This document shows, piece after piece, positions 10,907 through 20,703 of a stretch of DNA of 64,000 nt. The stretch lies in the IMG/VR virus record IMGVR_UViG_3300028048_000099, positions 34,151 to 98,150 of that record; one strand, given 5' to 3'. Source of the DNA: a virus. Taxonomy: Duplodnaviria > Caudoviricetes. The translations under genes were made by a program, and so were the position numbers. Position 1 is the first letter of the stretch. Each line of letters opens with the position of its first letter. The notes beneath the pieces were generated by a model. That model was not told the DNA's origin. It did no database searches and saw only the letters and a program-made list of their open reading frames with translations.

Positions 10907-11130
10907 TCCCTGTTTTTCTTGTTCTCCTGCTCAAGACGGGCGTACTCGTTGATTGAGTCGCCGTCAACCTTGCTCCTCCCGTTTCTCATGTCAATGTCTC
11001 TCTTTATGCCCTGCTGCTCCTCGTTGTGCTTCTGGATGTAATACCTTCGGTCCTGGACCGGGAGCCTCATCACGGTCTCCATCGGGAGTTTCATGTAATG
11101 CGTGCAGCCCCATATCTCATCCTTAAGCAT
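10897..11130 (-). CDS. Tail assembly chaperone C-terminal (GT-like) ORF; frame is open back to 11202
   Basis: Small ORF (MLKDEIWGCTHYMKLPMETVMRLPVQDRRYYI) whose frame overlaps the end of the upstream gene; immediately precedes tape measure. Confidence 0.6.
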   Translation of the reverse strand: MLKDEIWGCTHYMKLPMETVMRLPVQDRRYYIQKHNEEQQGIKRDIDMRNGRSKVDGDSINEYARLEQENKKNRERG

Positions 11131-11140
11131 CTTCTCATAC

Positions 11141-12463
11141 TCACTCGGAATCAACGAGAAAAATAAACTGGTCAAATTGTAGAAACACGGGCATGGAGCC
11201 ACCTCCGAGACTCTCAGGTTTCTCTATCTCAAAATTATAATCCACGCCTGGGGTGTTCTTGGCTATGTATCTTCTCAACGAGGAGGCGTCCCGGATAGGC
11301 ATCATCCGCACGTAATCATGGATGAATTTCCTGTCGGTGTTCCCGTTGACGGACATAATCTCCATCTCGAGCTCGTTTGACGCCCTGTGGGAGAACCTTG
11401 ACGCCTCGGGGTCACCCTTCTCCGACCATTTCACGAGCGTCTCAACCGCGTCCCTGATATCGGCGGTCTCTGACGCGCTCAGCGTCCCGTCCTTGCCGAG
11501 ATAGAACTCAACCCTCTCCTTGAAATCGTCTATCTCCGCCTTACGGAGGTCGGGCACCTCAAGCTTGTCAATCTTGGCCAGACCCGCGTAGTCGCCGTGG
11601 GTGAGGAACCTGAACTTGACCTTGTCCCCCGAGACAGGCAGCCCGTAGTCGAACCATCCGTTCTCGTCACCGGTGAGCGTGAAATCCTTGTATTTTATCT
11701 TTGACAGGTCAATCTTCGTGTCAAAACTCTTCTTGCTGACGGGGTCCGTGGCGGTCACGCTGTACATGTTACCGTAGGCCGATGACCTGAGGAAAAGTAT
11801 TATCGCGTCCCTGTCGCCGTCAAGAAGGCCGTCCGGGTCAATCTCCTGGTCACGAATCTTCTCCTTCAGGAGGATGTCAAGCACCAGGTTGTCCCTGTAA
11901 AGGTTGGGGGAGACTATGATGTTCTCGTCCATGGCCGTGAGGTAGGACACCGCGATTCTCCCCTGCTTGCTCTTGTAGCACTCGCCTTTTGAGGGGAGGG
12001 GGATAATGTCATAGGACGCCATCGGGTTCGTGTCCTCCATCTTCGTTATCACCTTCGCGGGGGATGTCTCGGCGATATCCCGCACGGACACCGGCTCCGA
12101 CACGGCTTTCTTCTTCCTCACCTTTGGTTTCTCGCTGACCTCCTCGGCCTCGGCTATACGTTCAAGGACCGTCTTGCCGGACGGTTTCCTGCCCGGTTTA
12201 GCGGATTCCTTTTTTGTCTCTCCCCTGAGCTCGTCCATCGTGCCGCCGAGGAAGAACCACTTGTCTATTATGTCCTGCTCGCCGTCCTTCAGGAGGGCGA
12301 GGCGGTCGTTAATCTGGCTCTCGGTGTATTTGGGCGACTTGTCCTCATTTTTCGCCTCGGACATCCTTTTCTCCGTCTCCTTGATGGTTTTCTCCCACAT
12401 GTCAAAGGAGGCCTTAAGTTGTCTCTTCTGTTTGTCAAGGTCCTTAATCTCAATGCTCGCCAT
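11141..12463 (-). CDS. T4 gp26-like baseplate hub / tail assembly chaperone
   Basis: YDIIPLPSKGECY...LTAMDENII...DGDRDAIILFLRSSAYG...KFRFLT pattern; charged N-terminal extension. Confidence 0.65.
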   Translation of the reverse strand: MASIEIKDLDKQKRQLKASFDMWEKTIKETEKRMSEAKNEDKSPKYTESQINDRLALLKDGEQDIIDKWFFLGGTMDELRGETKKESAKPGRKPSGKTVLERIAEAEEVSEKPKVRKKKAVSEPVSVRDIAETSPAKVITKMEDTNPMASYDIIPLPSKGECYKSKQGRIAVSYLTAMDENIIVSPNLYRDNLVLDILLKEKIRDQEIDPDGLLDGDRDAIILFLRSSAYGNMYSVTATDPVSKKSFDTKIDLSKIKYKDFTLTGDENGWFDYGLPVSGDKVKFRFLTHGDYAGLAKIDKLEVPDLRKAEIDDFKERVEFYLGKDGTLSASETADIRDAVETLVKWSEKGDPEASRFSHRASNELEMEIMSVNGNTDRKFIHDYVRMMPIRDASSLRRYIAKNTPGVDYNFEIEKPESLGGGSMPVFLQFDQFIFLVDSE

Positions 12464-12487
12464 CTTAATGTCTTCTGTTCTTGTCTT

Positions 12488-13588
12488 TTATCTTATCTCA
12501 CAAAATTTCCATTTGTGTTTATATCTGGTTTTCCCGGTTCTACATGCAACAAATATTTCCCTGGTATTCGCTTTCGGGTTTAGCGTTTTTTTAATATATT
12601 CACAAGCGCTGATACCATCGGAAAAGGCCTCTTTCAAAACCCAATTTTCGTCATACATATTAACTTTTTTCTCGCAATAATTTGCGTTATTCCTCCCTCG
12701 TCTTTGTTCTGAGAACTTTCTTCGTGTTTCCTCACTCGCCTTCTTCCCTCTTTTACTCATAGAAATTTTTAGACAATGCTCACTTGTCCGCGGTGGCATT
12801 TTAAATTTTTTCCTAGGGCCGGACTTATGCGTTTTCTGATAAAAAAACTCTCTAAACTCCTCGTTCTCTAAAAATATTTTTTTCACTAAATCGTTATTTT
12901 TATGGGTACGCGCATAACTAAAGGCGGAACTAAAATTTTTATCTTCAATGTTTTGTAAAAAAATTTTTAAAAATCTATTTTTTTGACTGTCAGACATTTT
13001 TTTCCTCTCTTCCTGGCTTATCGTCCTTTTTTTCATAATTTTTGCCAGCATATCTTTTTTCTTTTTTCCCGCGTCGGTTTTAAAAAAGGTTTTATGCCAT
13101 TCTGAGATTTTTCTTTTTTCTTCGTCAGTATGTTTTTTTCCTATACACGTTATTCTTTGTTTTTCAATAGATTCTTTTGTCCTCTTTTTTCCAGTGCGTA
13201 CTTTTGCTGAGTTTTTTATCATTTTACTTGAGTACCCATCGCTACCGCCTGGAATTAAATTCAAACACTTTTCATCCAATCTATAATTTTCACCTATAAT
13301 AGCCTTTTCCTTTTCTTGCATTTCTTCTTTATTCCGAAGAAAAAGCATATATATCTTTTTAACAGACGTCATGACCGCCTTTCCATATTTTCCCGGTAAT
13401 AAAGACCCGGAACCAGCGTATCCATCTTTTAAATTTTTAGTTACATGTTCACCAATATAATATTTACCATCCGGAAATAATATTTTATAGATTACATAAT
13501 ACTTGTTATCTTCACCAATAAGCGGTTCACTTTCAAGTAAATAATTATTCTTAAAATATTCTTTATAAATTGAATTCACTTTTTTCAT
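12488..13588 (-). mobile_element. Free-standing GIY-YIG homing endonuclease (Seg-like) with NUMOD3/NUMOD1-like DNA-binding motifs
   Basis: VIYKILFPDGKYYIGEH...GYAGSG; KKHTDEEKRKIS, GKKASEETRRKFSE repeats; C-terminal VNMYDENWVLKEAFSDG...CRTGK...HKWKF; strongly AT-rich relative to flanks; own TATTTATA at 13607-13614. Confidence 0.85.
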
Positions 13589-13636
13589 TATGACTTCCTT
13601 TTTCTATATAAATATTTAGTAATAGAAAAAGATGCA

Positions 13637-14095
13637 TTAATGACGCTGGTTTTTCTTGTTTTTTGTTTGGTATTTCTTTAAAATCTCTTTTAACGTTGAC
13701 ATTATCTTCTCTGGATTTTCATGGATATCCTTTTCCCAAAAATAATAAATTTCTATGCCATTATTTTCCGCCCATCTTCGCTTAATATTATCAATGTATA
13801 TGTTTTTCTTCTGGACTCTATTCAAATTTTTCTCCTCATAGATTCTTTTATCTCCATGCCAATAAGAACCATTTATTTCCAGAATCGGCCCATTTTCGAT
13901 TTTAAAATCGTAAAAACGTTTTATGTCCCTGGCCTCGTATTGCCTGACGTACTTGACCCCGAGCCTGTCCAGGAAGTTCTCCGCGAAGAAGTCCTCAAGC
14001 TTTGACGTCCCGTATCTCGGGTGCGGTCTCTTTCCTGACGGTTTTCTCGCGGGTCTCGCCCGTCCCCCTTTTCCCCTGGGTATCGGCTGTGGCAT
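13637..14095 (-). CDS. DUF559/Vsr-like PD-(D/E)xK endonuclease
   Basis: SKLE...YDFKI...ILEINGSYWHGD...D..KRRWA...IYYFWEKDI motifs. Confidence 0.75.
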   Translation of the reverse strand: MPQPIPRGKGGRARPARKPSGKRPHPRYGTSKLEDFFAENFLDRLGVKYVRQYEARDIKRFYDFKIENGPILEINGSYWHGDKRIYEEKNLNRVQKKNIYIDNIKRRWAENNGIEIYYFWEKDIHENPEKIMSTLKEILKKYQTKNKKNQRH

Positions 14096-14100
14096 ATCAA

Positions 14101-15522
14101 CTATTTTATTGTCAACTTCTTATATTTAAAAGTAATCCCGCAATGGTGCGACGTGAGAGTATCCGTAGGGACATACCCCTCATCCATGACAGACTCTGTC
14201 GCGTACATTGTGTCATCAAACCCGACAATCCCGCATCCCTCAAACGTGAGGCGGTGATACCTTTCCTTCTTGCCGGCCTGTGTGTGGATATCCATAAATA
14301 TTGTGCGGCGTTTTTTTCCGAAAATTTTGCGGCGGTTGTTCTCCCACTCCTTAAGGAAAGACAGGAAGATGTCGTAATCCTCCACATCGACAAACCTGAC
14401 GTCCAGCAACCTCTTGACCGGGTCTATCCTCCCGCAGACATAAAGGGGCCCGGTAAGCCCTTCCGGGGCGGACAGGTCAATGAACATCTTTATCATTCTC
14501 ATCTTGTCCCGGAACGCGTGATATACGGGAAAATCGTTTCGCTGTCCGGTATCCTCGGTCCCGATGGCGGACTGGGTCCCATCAGTCCCCGGACCCTCGG
14601 CGGGAACCACGGTTACGGGATAATCGGAACCAATCTCCTCACCCTTTTCCACGGCAGGCTTAGGCCCGTCCTGCGCCTCGGGATGCGGGTCCGTGACGAC
14701 AGCCTTCTCAAATACCGGCTCCGGCTTGTCATCCCTGTTTAACGCGTACCAGGCGCCCTCGTCGGTGAACACGGGGTCCGGCGCGGCCGGTTCCGCCTGG
14801 ATATCCTCCCCGTCAGTGACAGGTTCGAGGTCGGCGTTGAGGGGATTGCTGTATACGGGTTTATCCTCCCTCGGCGCGACAGCGACGTCAGGCGTTTTTT
14901 CCGGGTCGGGCGGGACGGGCCGGGCGTTTGTCACGAAAACATCGTCCTCCCGCTTTAAGAGGTCATATATCCCCGGAAGCTCGTCATCCGGCGCGGAGGT
15001 GAGGTCATACTCGTTCTCGCCCGCCCTGTATTTGTCCAGTATGACGCTCTCAGCCTCGGGCTTTGCCGTCAACCCGGCCTCAGGAGCCGCGGATTCGGCG
15101 CCCGTCTCCTCGGGCTCCATGGTTATGGCGGAGGTGTGCGCCACCCCGTCAGGGATATCCCCGGCCTCGGCCATGGCGAAATCCTGCGGGACGGGCCGCT
15201 TGCCCCCGGCCGCCGTGTCGGGGCTCTCCACGCTCTCCGCGGCTTTCGCGGATTCCCCGAGCACGCTGTCTATGGCCTGGTCTTTAGCGGGTTTCTCGCT
15301 CTCCCTCCTGTATATTGTCTTAAGAAAGGAGAGTTTTATCTTGGAGTCCCGTATCTTGGCGAGAAGCGGCCTCTCGTTCTTCCCCCTGAGCCGTATCTCC
15401 CTCAGGGTGTCCTCCTGGCTCTCAATCTGGTTCTCAAGAGTAATGATATCGTCTTCAAGCGCCTTAAGACTGACGACGCCGTTATAGGTGTAACTTTCCG
15501 TTATTTCGTCAATAATGTTCAT
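14101..15522 (-). CDS. Hypothetical protein: coiled coil, acidic Pro-rich linker, C-terminal tail-tube-like domain
   Basis: Likely ATG 15522 (MNIIDE). C-terminus aligns by eye with the tube at 16053. Sigma70-like promoter TTGACT-17-TATCTT at 15576-15548. Confidence 0.65.
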   Translation of the reverse strand: MNIIDEITESYTYNGVVSLKALEDDIITLENQIESQEDTLREIRLRGKNERPLLAKIRDSKIKLSFLKTIYRRESEKPAKDQAIDSVLGESAKAAESVESPDTAAGGKRPVPQDFAMAEAGDIPDGVAHTSAITMEPEETGAESAAPEAGLTAKPEAESVILDKYRAGENEYDLTSAPDDELPGIYDLLKREDDVFVTNARPVPPDPEKTPDVAVAPREDKPVYSNPLNADLEPVTDGEDIQAEPAAPDPVFTDEGAWYALNRDDKPEPVFEKAVVTDPHPEAQDGPKPAVEKGEEIGSDYPVTVVPAEGPGTDGTQSAIGTEDTGQRNDFPVYHAFRDKMRMIKMFIDLSAPEGLTGPLYVCGRIDPVKRLLDVRFVDVEDYDIFLSFLKEWENNRRKIFGKKRRTIFMDIHTQAGKKERYHRLTFEGCGIVGFDDTMYATESVMDEGYVPTDTLTSHHCGITFKYKKLTIK

Positions 15523-15594
15523 TTTTTTATTTTTTTTATCCGTTTTAAAGATAAGGATAAAAAAGCGGGAAGTCAATAAAAATGGTTTGAATGA

Positions 15595-15603
15595 CTATTT
15601 ATA
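15595..15603 (+). promoter_or_regulatory. TATTTAT-class promoter
   Basis: CTATTTATA upstream of the 15613/15625 start. Confidence 0.65.
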
Positions 15604-15612
15604 ATGTAGTAA

Positions 15613-15996
15613 ATGTACCGAGTTATGAAAAAGACAGTGAAGAAAAATATCAACGAGATGCGTGACCTTGTCAAGAGCATGCCTAAAACCATAAACGAGT
15701 CGCTTGACTTTAGCGGCGAGGGTGACATGTATGAGGAGGAGGAAACGCCTGAGGAAGAACCTGTTGGGATTGAGGACGAGCCTGACCAGGCGACGGCGAG
15801 CGAGCACGCGGCACAGCTTATTGACGATATCAGGAAAAAGGCGCTGAGGGCCATGGCTGACCTCGCGGACACCCCCGAGGATGAGAACTATATCATGCTT
15901 AAGAAAGTCTGGCAGATGACCGACAGGAAGCCTGAGCAGCAGCAACAGAACCAGAACGCCCCGGTACAGGGACAAGCCGGCGTCATTCAGAGATAA
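15613..15996 (+). CDS. Acidic small protein with INE motifs (possible head scaffold/internal protein); start may be 15625
   Basis: Backbone codon usage; KNINEM..KTINES; late-type motif upstream. Confidence 0.65.
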   Translation: MYRVMKKTVKKNINEMRDLVKSMPKTINESLDFSGEGDMYEEEETPEEEPVGIEDEPDQATASEHAAQLIDDIRKKALRAMADLADTPEDENYIMLKKVWQMTDRKPEQQQQNQNAPVQGQAGVIQR

Positions 15997-16012
15997 AAAA
16001 ATATTCACGGCA

Positions 16013-16020
16013 CTATTTAT
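16013..16020 (+). promoter_or_regulatory. TATTTAT-class promoter for tail tube
   Basis: CTATTTAT about 33 nt upstream of ATG 16053. Confidence 0.7.
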
Positions 16021-16052
16021 TGGAAAAATAAGAGAACAAGATTAGTGATACA

Positions 16053-16541
16053 ATGAGTGACCTTCTTACCAAAATGCCATTGACCTATGAACCGTTAAGG
16101 AATAATAGGTGGATACTTCGTTTCCCGGCGGACCTCGGAATACAGGAGTGGACGTTAGAGTCAGCCGCAAGGCCCACAATCAACCAGAAAGCTACTGAGA
16201 TTGAATTTCTCAACACCTCAACCTGGGTGGTCGGAAGATACACGTGGGATACCGTCAAGGTGACATTCCGCGACCCTATCGGCCCGTCAACCTCCCAGGC
16301 TATAATGGAATGGGTCCGTCTGACCTCAGAGTCCGTCACCGGACGTCAGGGATACGCCATCGGCTATAAGAGGGACCTTGAACTTGAGATGCTTGACCCT
16401 ACCGGGGCCGTCGTGCAGAAGTGGATTCTCAAGAACTGCTTCCTCACGGACGTTGACTTCGGCCAGCTCAAATACAGCGACGACGGTCTCGCCACCATTG
16501 ACGCGACCATCCGTCCCGACTATTGCATACTCGCTTACTAA
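16053..16541 (+). CDS. Tail tube protein (T4 gp19-like)
   Basis: EPLRNNRWILRF...GRYTWDTVKVTFRDPIGPS...GYKRDLELEMLDPTGAVVQKWILKNCFLTDVDFG; typical gp19-family sequence. Confidence 0.9.
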   Translation: MSDLLTKMPLTYEPLRNNRWILRFPADLGIQEWTLESAARPTINQKATEIEFLNTSTWVVGRYTWDTVKVTFRDPIGPSTSQAIMEWVRLTSESVTGRQGYAIGYKRDLELEMLDPTGAVVQKWILKNCFLTDVDFGQLKYSDDGLATIDATIRPDYCILAY

Positions 16542-16572
16542 TCAACCTTTTTAAGACATAAAGCAAAAACAA

Positions 16573-16603
16573 ATAAGGACACCTTAGGGGTGCCCTTATT
16601 TTT
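16573..16603. terminator. Bidirectional terminator between convergent genes
   Basis: ATAAGGACACC-TTAGG-GGTGCCCTTAT with A- and T-tracts on either side. Confidence 0.7.
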
Positions 16604-17235
16604 TAGCTGATGATTGTCCAGATTTCAAGGAACCTGTTGAAATCCTCGTAAGGCAGGACCGTGTATCCGCCGTCGCCGAAACCGGTCCCCCAGGAGTTCC
16701 TTATAATGAAACCCCTCTTGTCGTAACCGACTATTGATATCGCGTGGAAACCGTAGAACCCGTCACGGGGCAACTTGTCCCAGAACGCGGGGCGGTCACC
16801 GTAAACGGGAAGGGCGGCGAGGCACGGCCCGTTCATCACTATGGCGGCGCGGAGGCTGTCATAGTTGCGCACCATGGCGTACTCGCCTATCTTAAGGTTC
16901 CCAACGTCGGACTTGACACCGTGGTGCCTGAGATAATGCAGGGCCTCCTTGTATGTCATGCCCTCACCGTCATTGGTCCTGATTTTATAAATCTCATGGT
17001 AATCAATCTTGTTGTCCCTCCTGGACCCGGTCTCCAGATTCTCGCGCCAGTTGAGCCAGGCCGAGACGGAACAGGGCACGCAAATCGGCTCGGAGCCCTG
17101 GTTCAGGACGCGCGGAAGGAACATCCTGTAAGAGTATGACTCCGGAAGACGCTGGGACTCGGGGGCCCCGAACACATGCTCGGTACCGTCCATCTCGGAC
17201 TTTATGAAACCGAAGTTGACGTTCTCACTTAACAT
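16603..17235 (-). CDS. Papain-family (C1) cysteine peptidase
   Basis: LNQGSEPICV (oxyanion Q, catalytic C), FHAISIVGYD (H), IRNSWGTGFGDGGY (N). Confidence 0.9.
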   Translation of the reverse strand: MLSENVNFGFIKSEMDGTEHVFGAPESQRLPESYSYRMFLPRVLNQGSEPICVPCSVSAWLNWRENLETGSRRDNKIDYHEIYKIRTNDGEGMTYKEALHYLRHHGVKSDVGNLKIGEYAMVRNYDSLRAAIVMNGPCLAALPVYGDRPAFWDKLPRDGFYGFHAISIVGYDKRGFIIRNSWGTGFGDGGYTVLPYEDFNRFLEIWTIIS

Positions 17236-17238
17236 GGC

Positions 17239-17616
17239 TTATTCCTCCTCCGTGACGACTTTCCTCTTTGAGACGGCGAACACGTCACCCTTGGGGGTCA
17301 CTATGTAAACCATCTCTCCGTTATCATTCAACTCCTTGATAAACATGTACCTGTCCACGACATTGCCCGTCTCGTAATCAATATAAGACCTCATTGTCCA
17401 TTCCCACAGTTTCGGGGGAAGGTTGTCGGCGACGCACATGGAGTCAAGCTGGCGGGCGTCATACTCATGCCTTACCTGGTACATGTTCTGGACGGTCCCG
17501 GCGACAACCTCCACATCAGGCTTGCCCTTGTGGAAAATGCCGCGGAGAAGACCGCAACCCGTGACCGACAGCCCGAGAAGGACCGCGACGGTCACCCTTA
17601 ATAAAATGTTTCTCAT
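17239..17616 (-). CDS. Predicted lipoprotein
   Basis: Basic N-terminus, hydrophobic stretch and lipobox VTG-C; late-type motif at 17636-17643. Confidence 0.7.
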   Translation of the reverse strand: MRNILLRVTVAVLLGLSVTGCGLLRGIFHKGKPDVEVVAGTVQNMYQVRHEYDARQLDSMCVADNLPPKLWEWTMRSYIDYETGNVVDRYMFIKELNDNGEMVYIVTPKGDVFAVSKRKVVTEEE

Positions 17617-17657
17617 GATTCAATCTGTTTTTCCCATAAATAGTCAGCTCCGGACAT

Positions 17658-17689
17658 AAAAAAATGGGAAACCTTGGAGGCTTCCCATA
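17658..17689 (-). terminator. Terminator downstream of sheath gene
   Basis: Minus strand ATGGGAAGCC-TCCAA-GGTTTCCCAT followed by a T-tract. Confidence 0.7.
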
Positions 17690-17708
17690 ATTCGTTATTA
17701 ATCAACCA

Positions 17709-20627
17709 TTAAAGGCTCTCGTCAAATTGAACGCTCTCCGGATATACAACGAAGCTGATGCTGATGTACTCCAACGCGGGTGTGGGCTTGATGAGAATCT
17801 TCGCGGGCAGTATGTGCTGGTCGCGGGTCTCCTCGGTGCTTTCCGTAACCACGCGGTAATCGTAGATACCCCTGTTGGCCTTGACATCCTGGAGAATGGG
17901 CTCAACGATGGAGCGGAACTGCTTCTCAAGGGTGGCGTCGTACTGCTCAAAGATGAGGTTCCTCGCGGCCTGGGAGACAAGCTTCTTCACACGAATCATG
18001 AGTCTTGAGACATTGATTCGGTTGCGTGGCGTCTCCTGGTGGTAGAGGGTCTTGTTACCCCAGACCTTGACACCGTCAACCGCGAAGGTCTTGATGGGGT
18101 TAATCATGTTCTCGTAGAGGGTGTCCTCGTCAAGAAGCGTGGTCTTGAAATACGCCCTGGCGCAATCCACCTCACCTCTGGTCAGACCGGCGGGTGAGAA
18201 CCAAGGGAACGAGACATTGTCTGTCGCCGCCATATCCCTCACGACATCCTTTGTGGGAGGAAGGTCTATATACCTCTTGCTGTCACCGTCATAGTACTTG
18301 ACCCAAGGATAGTAGGTGCAGGCGTAAGGACTGTCAATCTCGGTGTCCTCAATGAATGACGCGACATCGTCCGGTCCGTAAGCCGTCATGTCCTTGTCAT
18401 ACTGCGGCGCCGCCATGATGTAGAGCGCGTCACCGCCGCGGCCGTCCTCGCTGTCCTCAATGATGTCAAGAGCGTCCTCGGTGAGCAGGCTCTGGTCGTA
18501 CCAGTTGATACCGGGGGTCGCGAAGAGGTTGATGTCAACATCCTCAGGGTTCGCGAACTGCATGTAACCGGCGAGATACGCGTAGTAGTCGGTGGTTATC
18601 GCGATGTTCGGGAGCTTAAGGCTTACCATGGGGTCAAGCTCGAGCTCAAAATCACCTCCGATGGGACGGAAAATCTCCTTCTCATAATATCCGGAACCCT
18701 CTTTCTTTAGAGTGTACTTGTTACCCCTATAGTTGTTGGTGTTGGTCCTGTGGTCGCGGTTGATGTCCCAGCCGTCAAAACCACCGTAAGGATACACGGT
18801 GAACTTGCGGAGATTGATGTCCTTGTAAAGGCAATCCTCAAGATACGCGGTGGGCAGGATACGCGGGATTCGGTTGTACTTGTTCATCTGGATGGGGTCC
18901 ACGGTGGTGAAAGTGAAACCTGACTGTCCGTCAACCTGCACAACCGGGGCGGTCTCCCCACTGGGGACGTCCTGTGAGGCCGTGATAATGGAGTCAAGGT
19001 GGAAACCGTTGGTCAGAATCTCAGGCTCAGCATCACCTACTCCGTCCGCATAAGCGTCAACACCCTTATAGTTAAGGATATCGTAATCAAGAACCTCGTC
19101 ATTGAGTCCGAAATACTGCCTCTTGGGTTTGACGGTGTTATCATAAACCGTATTGTAATTCATGGTCAGACCACAAACGGTACCGTATTTAGGAACGGGA
19201 TAACCAAGGAATCCGCAAGGGACACAATCATCTATACCCTCTTCCCCGCTAAGCTCAATTGCCACATATTTTGACTTGTTGGGATAACTACCGTCAATGG
19301 TACCTATCTTAAGACCTACGAAGTTAGACTCACCCTCAACCATTGAGCAGTTGGTGAACTTCTCAAGGACAACCTGGGACATGTCGCTGTCATAGAAATC
19401 ACGTACCACAACATCGAACAGACCCTCAACCGGACGGATTCTCTGGATTGATATCTTGACCTGATAGTTGGCCGCGTTACCGTCACTGATTGTATACACC
19501 TTGAAAAGTTTCTTGAGGTCAATGGTCTGGGTTGAGGCCGCCTTAACCTCGGAAACAAGCCAAGGGGTTACCGCGCAACGGTAAGTTGATATGTAGTTCC
19601 AATACCTGAACTCCCTATCGGTAGTCTCGGATTCCGGGAAATAATCACAAGGGACCCGGGTTTCACCGGATGTCTCTCCGGAGGTGGTACCGGTGTCGCC
19701 GGTGGTTCCGCTCTCCTTCCCACAACCCTTTGGAATGGGGCCGAGACCGTGAATCTTATAAGGAAGTTCATACTCCTCAACATATCCAGTCTCTACGTCA
19801 GCGGTCCTTGCCGTCTCGGTATTCGCCGTCATCTTCGCGTAAATCGTATCATAAAGCTCCTTGTAAAGAGCCATATCATACGCCGCCTCAATATAGACGG
19901 GCGCCGAACCTACGAGCGGGTCCTCGGAAAACATCTTGTAAATGTAATCCGGGTCAGACGGGTTCATGGACACGTTATAAACAACCTTATTAGCACTGTC
20001 ACCCGTGACCGTGGCGTCACAATAAGTGATTTCAAGCGCGAACTTACCCAAATCCACGTTGATATTATTATTACAGTCATAACCAGCCACAGCCTTAGGG
20101 TCCTGTGTGTAACCACTTCCGGTTATCTCACAATTAGCTCCATATACATTCCCGCTGTAAGGAAGAATGTCAATATTGGTAACTATATCCTCGGGAAATT
20201 CCGAAGATTCCACACAAATACCCTGCTGGGTTGTATCTCCTGAATAAGTCTTCTTTGAACGGAGGATAACGGCGGGTAGTTTATCGTCGGCCGAGATGAC
20301 CCATGCCGCGCCGGCCCAATATCCCGAGAGACCGAGGACGCGGACGACCTGGAGCTGTTTTGACTCCTCAAGGTACGCCTTCGCCACATAGGGAAGCTCG
20401 TATTTGGGGTAATTCGTGCCCTTGAACTTTATGGGAGAGGTTCCCCCGAAATAATCGGTGAAATCCGTCCAGCTCGCGATTGAAATCGGCTGAAACGCGG
20501 GGCCCTTGAGGGTCTCGCCGGCCAGGCCGAGTGTGGTGATACCCAGACTTCTTGTGGAATAGGTTACGTCCCTCACCTCGGTGTACACGCCGGGGGAGAC
20601 ATGACCGCCTCTTGCATCGCTTATCAT
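17709..20627 (-). CDS. Contractile tail sheath protein (gp18-like)
   Basis: N-terminal SPGVYTEVRD..GETLKGPAF; C-terminal YYPWV..PWFSPAGLTRG..INPI..VWGNKTL..RINVSRL..IKPTPALEYI. Confidence 0.95.
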   Translation of the reverse strand: MISDARGGHVSPGVYTEVRDVTYSTRSLGITTLGLAGETLKGPAFQPISIASWTDFTDYFGGTSPIKFKGTNYPKYELPYVAKAYLEESKQLQVVRVLGLSGYWAGAAWVISADDKLPAVILRSKKTYSGDTTQQGICVESSEFPEDIVTNIDILPYSGNVYGANCEITGSGYTQDPKAVAGYDCNNNINVDLGKFALEITYCDATVTGDSANKVVYNVSMNPSDPDYIYKMFSEDPLVGSAPVYIEAAYDMALYKELYDTIYAKMTANTETARTADVETGYVEEYELPYKIHGLGPIPKGCGKESGTTGDTGTTSGETSGETRVPCDYFPESETTDREFRYWNYISTYRCAVTPWLVSEVKAASTQTIDLKKLFKVYTISDGNAANYQVKISIQRIRPVEGLFDVVVRDFYDSDMSQVVLEKFTNCSMVEGESNFVGLKIGTIDGSYPNKSKYVAIELSGEEGIDDCVPCGFLGYPVPKYGTVCGLTMNYNTVYDNTVKPKRQYFGLNDEVLDYDILNYKGVDAYADGVGDAEPEILTNGFHLDSIITASQDVPSGETAPVVQVDGQSGFTFTTVDPIQMNKYNRIPRILPTAYLEDCLYKDINLRKFTVYPYGGFDGWDINRDHRTNTNNYRGNKYTLKKEGSGYYEKEIFRPIGGDFELELDPMVSLKLPNIAITTDYYAYLAGYMQFANPEDVDINLFATPGINWYDQSLLTEDALDIIEDSEDGRGGDALYIMAAPQYDKDMTAYGPDDVASFIEDTEIDSPYACTYYPWVKYYDGDSKRYIDLPPTKDVVRDMAATDNVSFPWFSPAGLTRGEVDCARAYFKTTLLDEDTLYENMINPIKTFAVDGVKVWGNKTLYHQETPRNRINVSRLMIRVKKLVSQAARNLIFEQYDATLEKQFRSIVEPILQDVKANRGIYDYRVVTESTEETRDQHILPAKILIKPTPALEYISISFVVYPESVQFDESL

Positions 20628-20659
20628 CTTAAACTAATCTTTTTAACTTATTATTTTTC

Positions 20660-20668
20660 TATAAATAG
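20660..20668 (-). promoter_or_regulatory. TATTTAT-class promoter for sheath
   Basis: Sense CTATTTATA about 33 nt upstream of ATG 20627. Confidence 0.7.
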
Positions 20669-20703
20669 TGGGGAAGACCCGAAAAACGGGCGACCCTTGT
20701 TTT

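Noticed and set aside
17239-17616. Call as o-spanin
   Set aside because: A lipobox is present, but no adjacent i-spanin, holin or endolysin was recognised.
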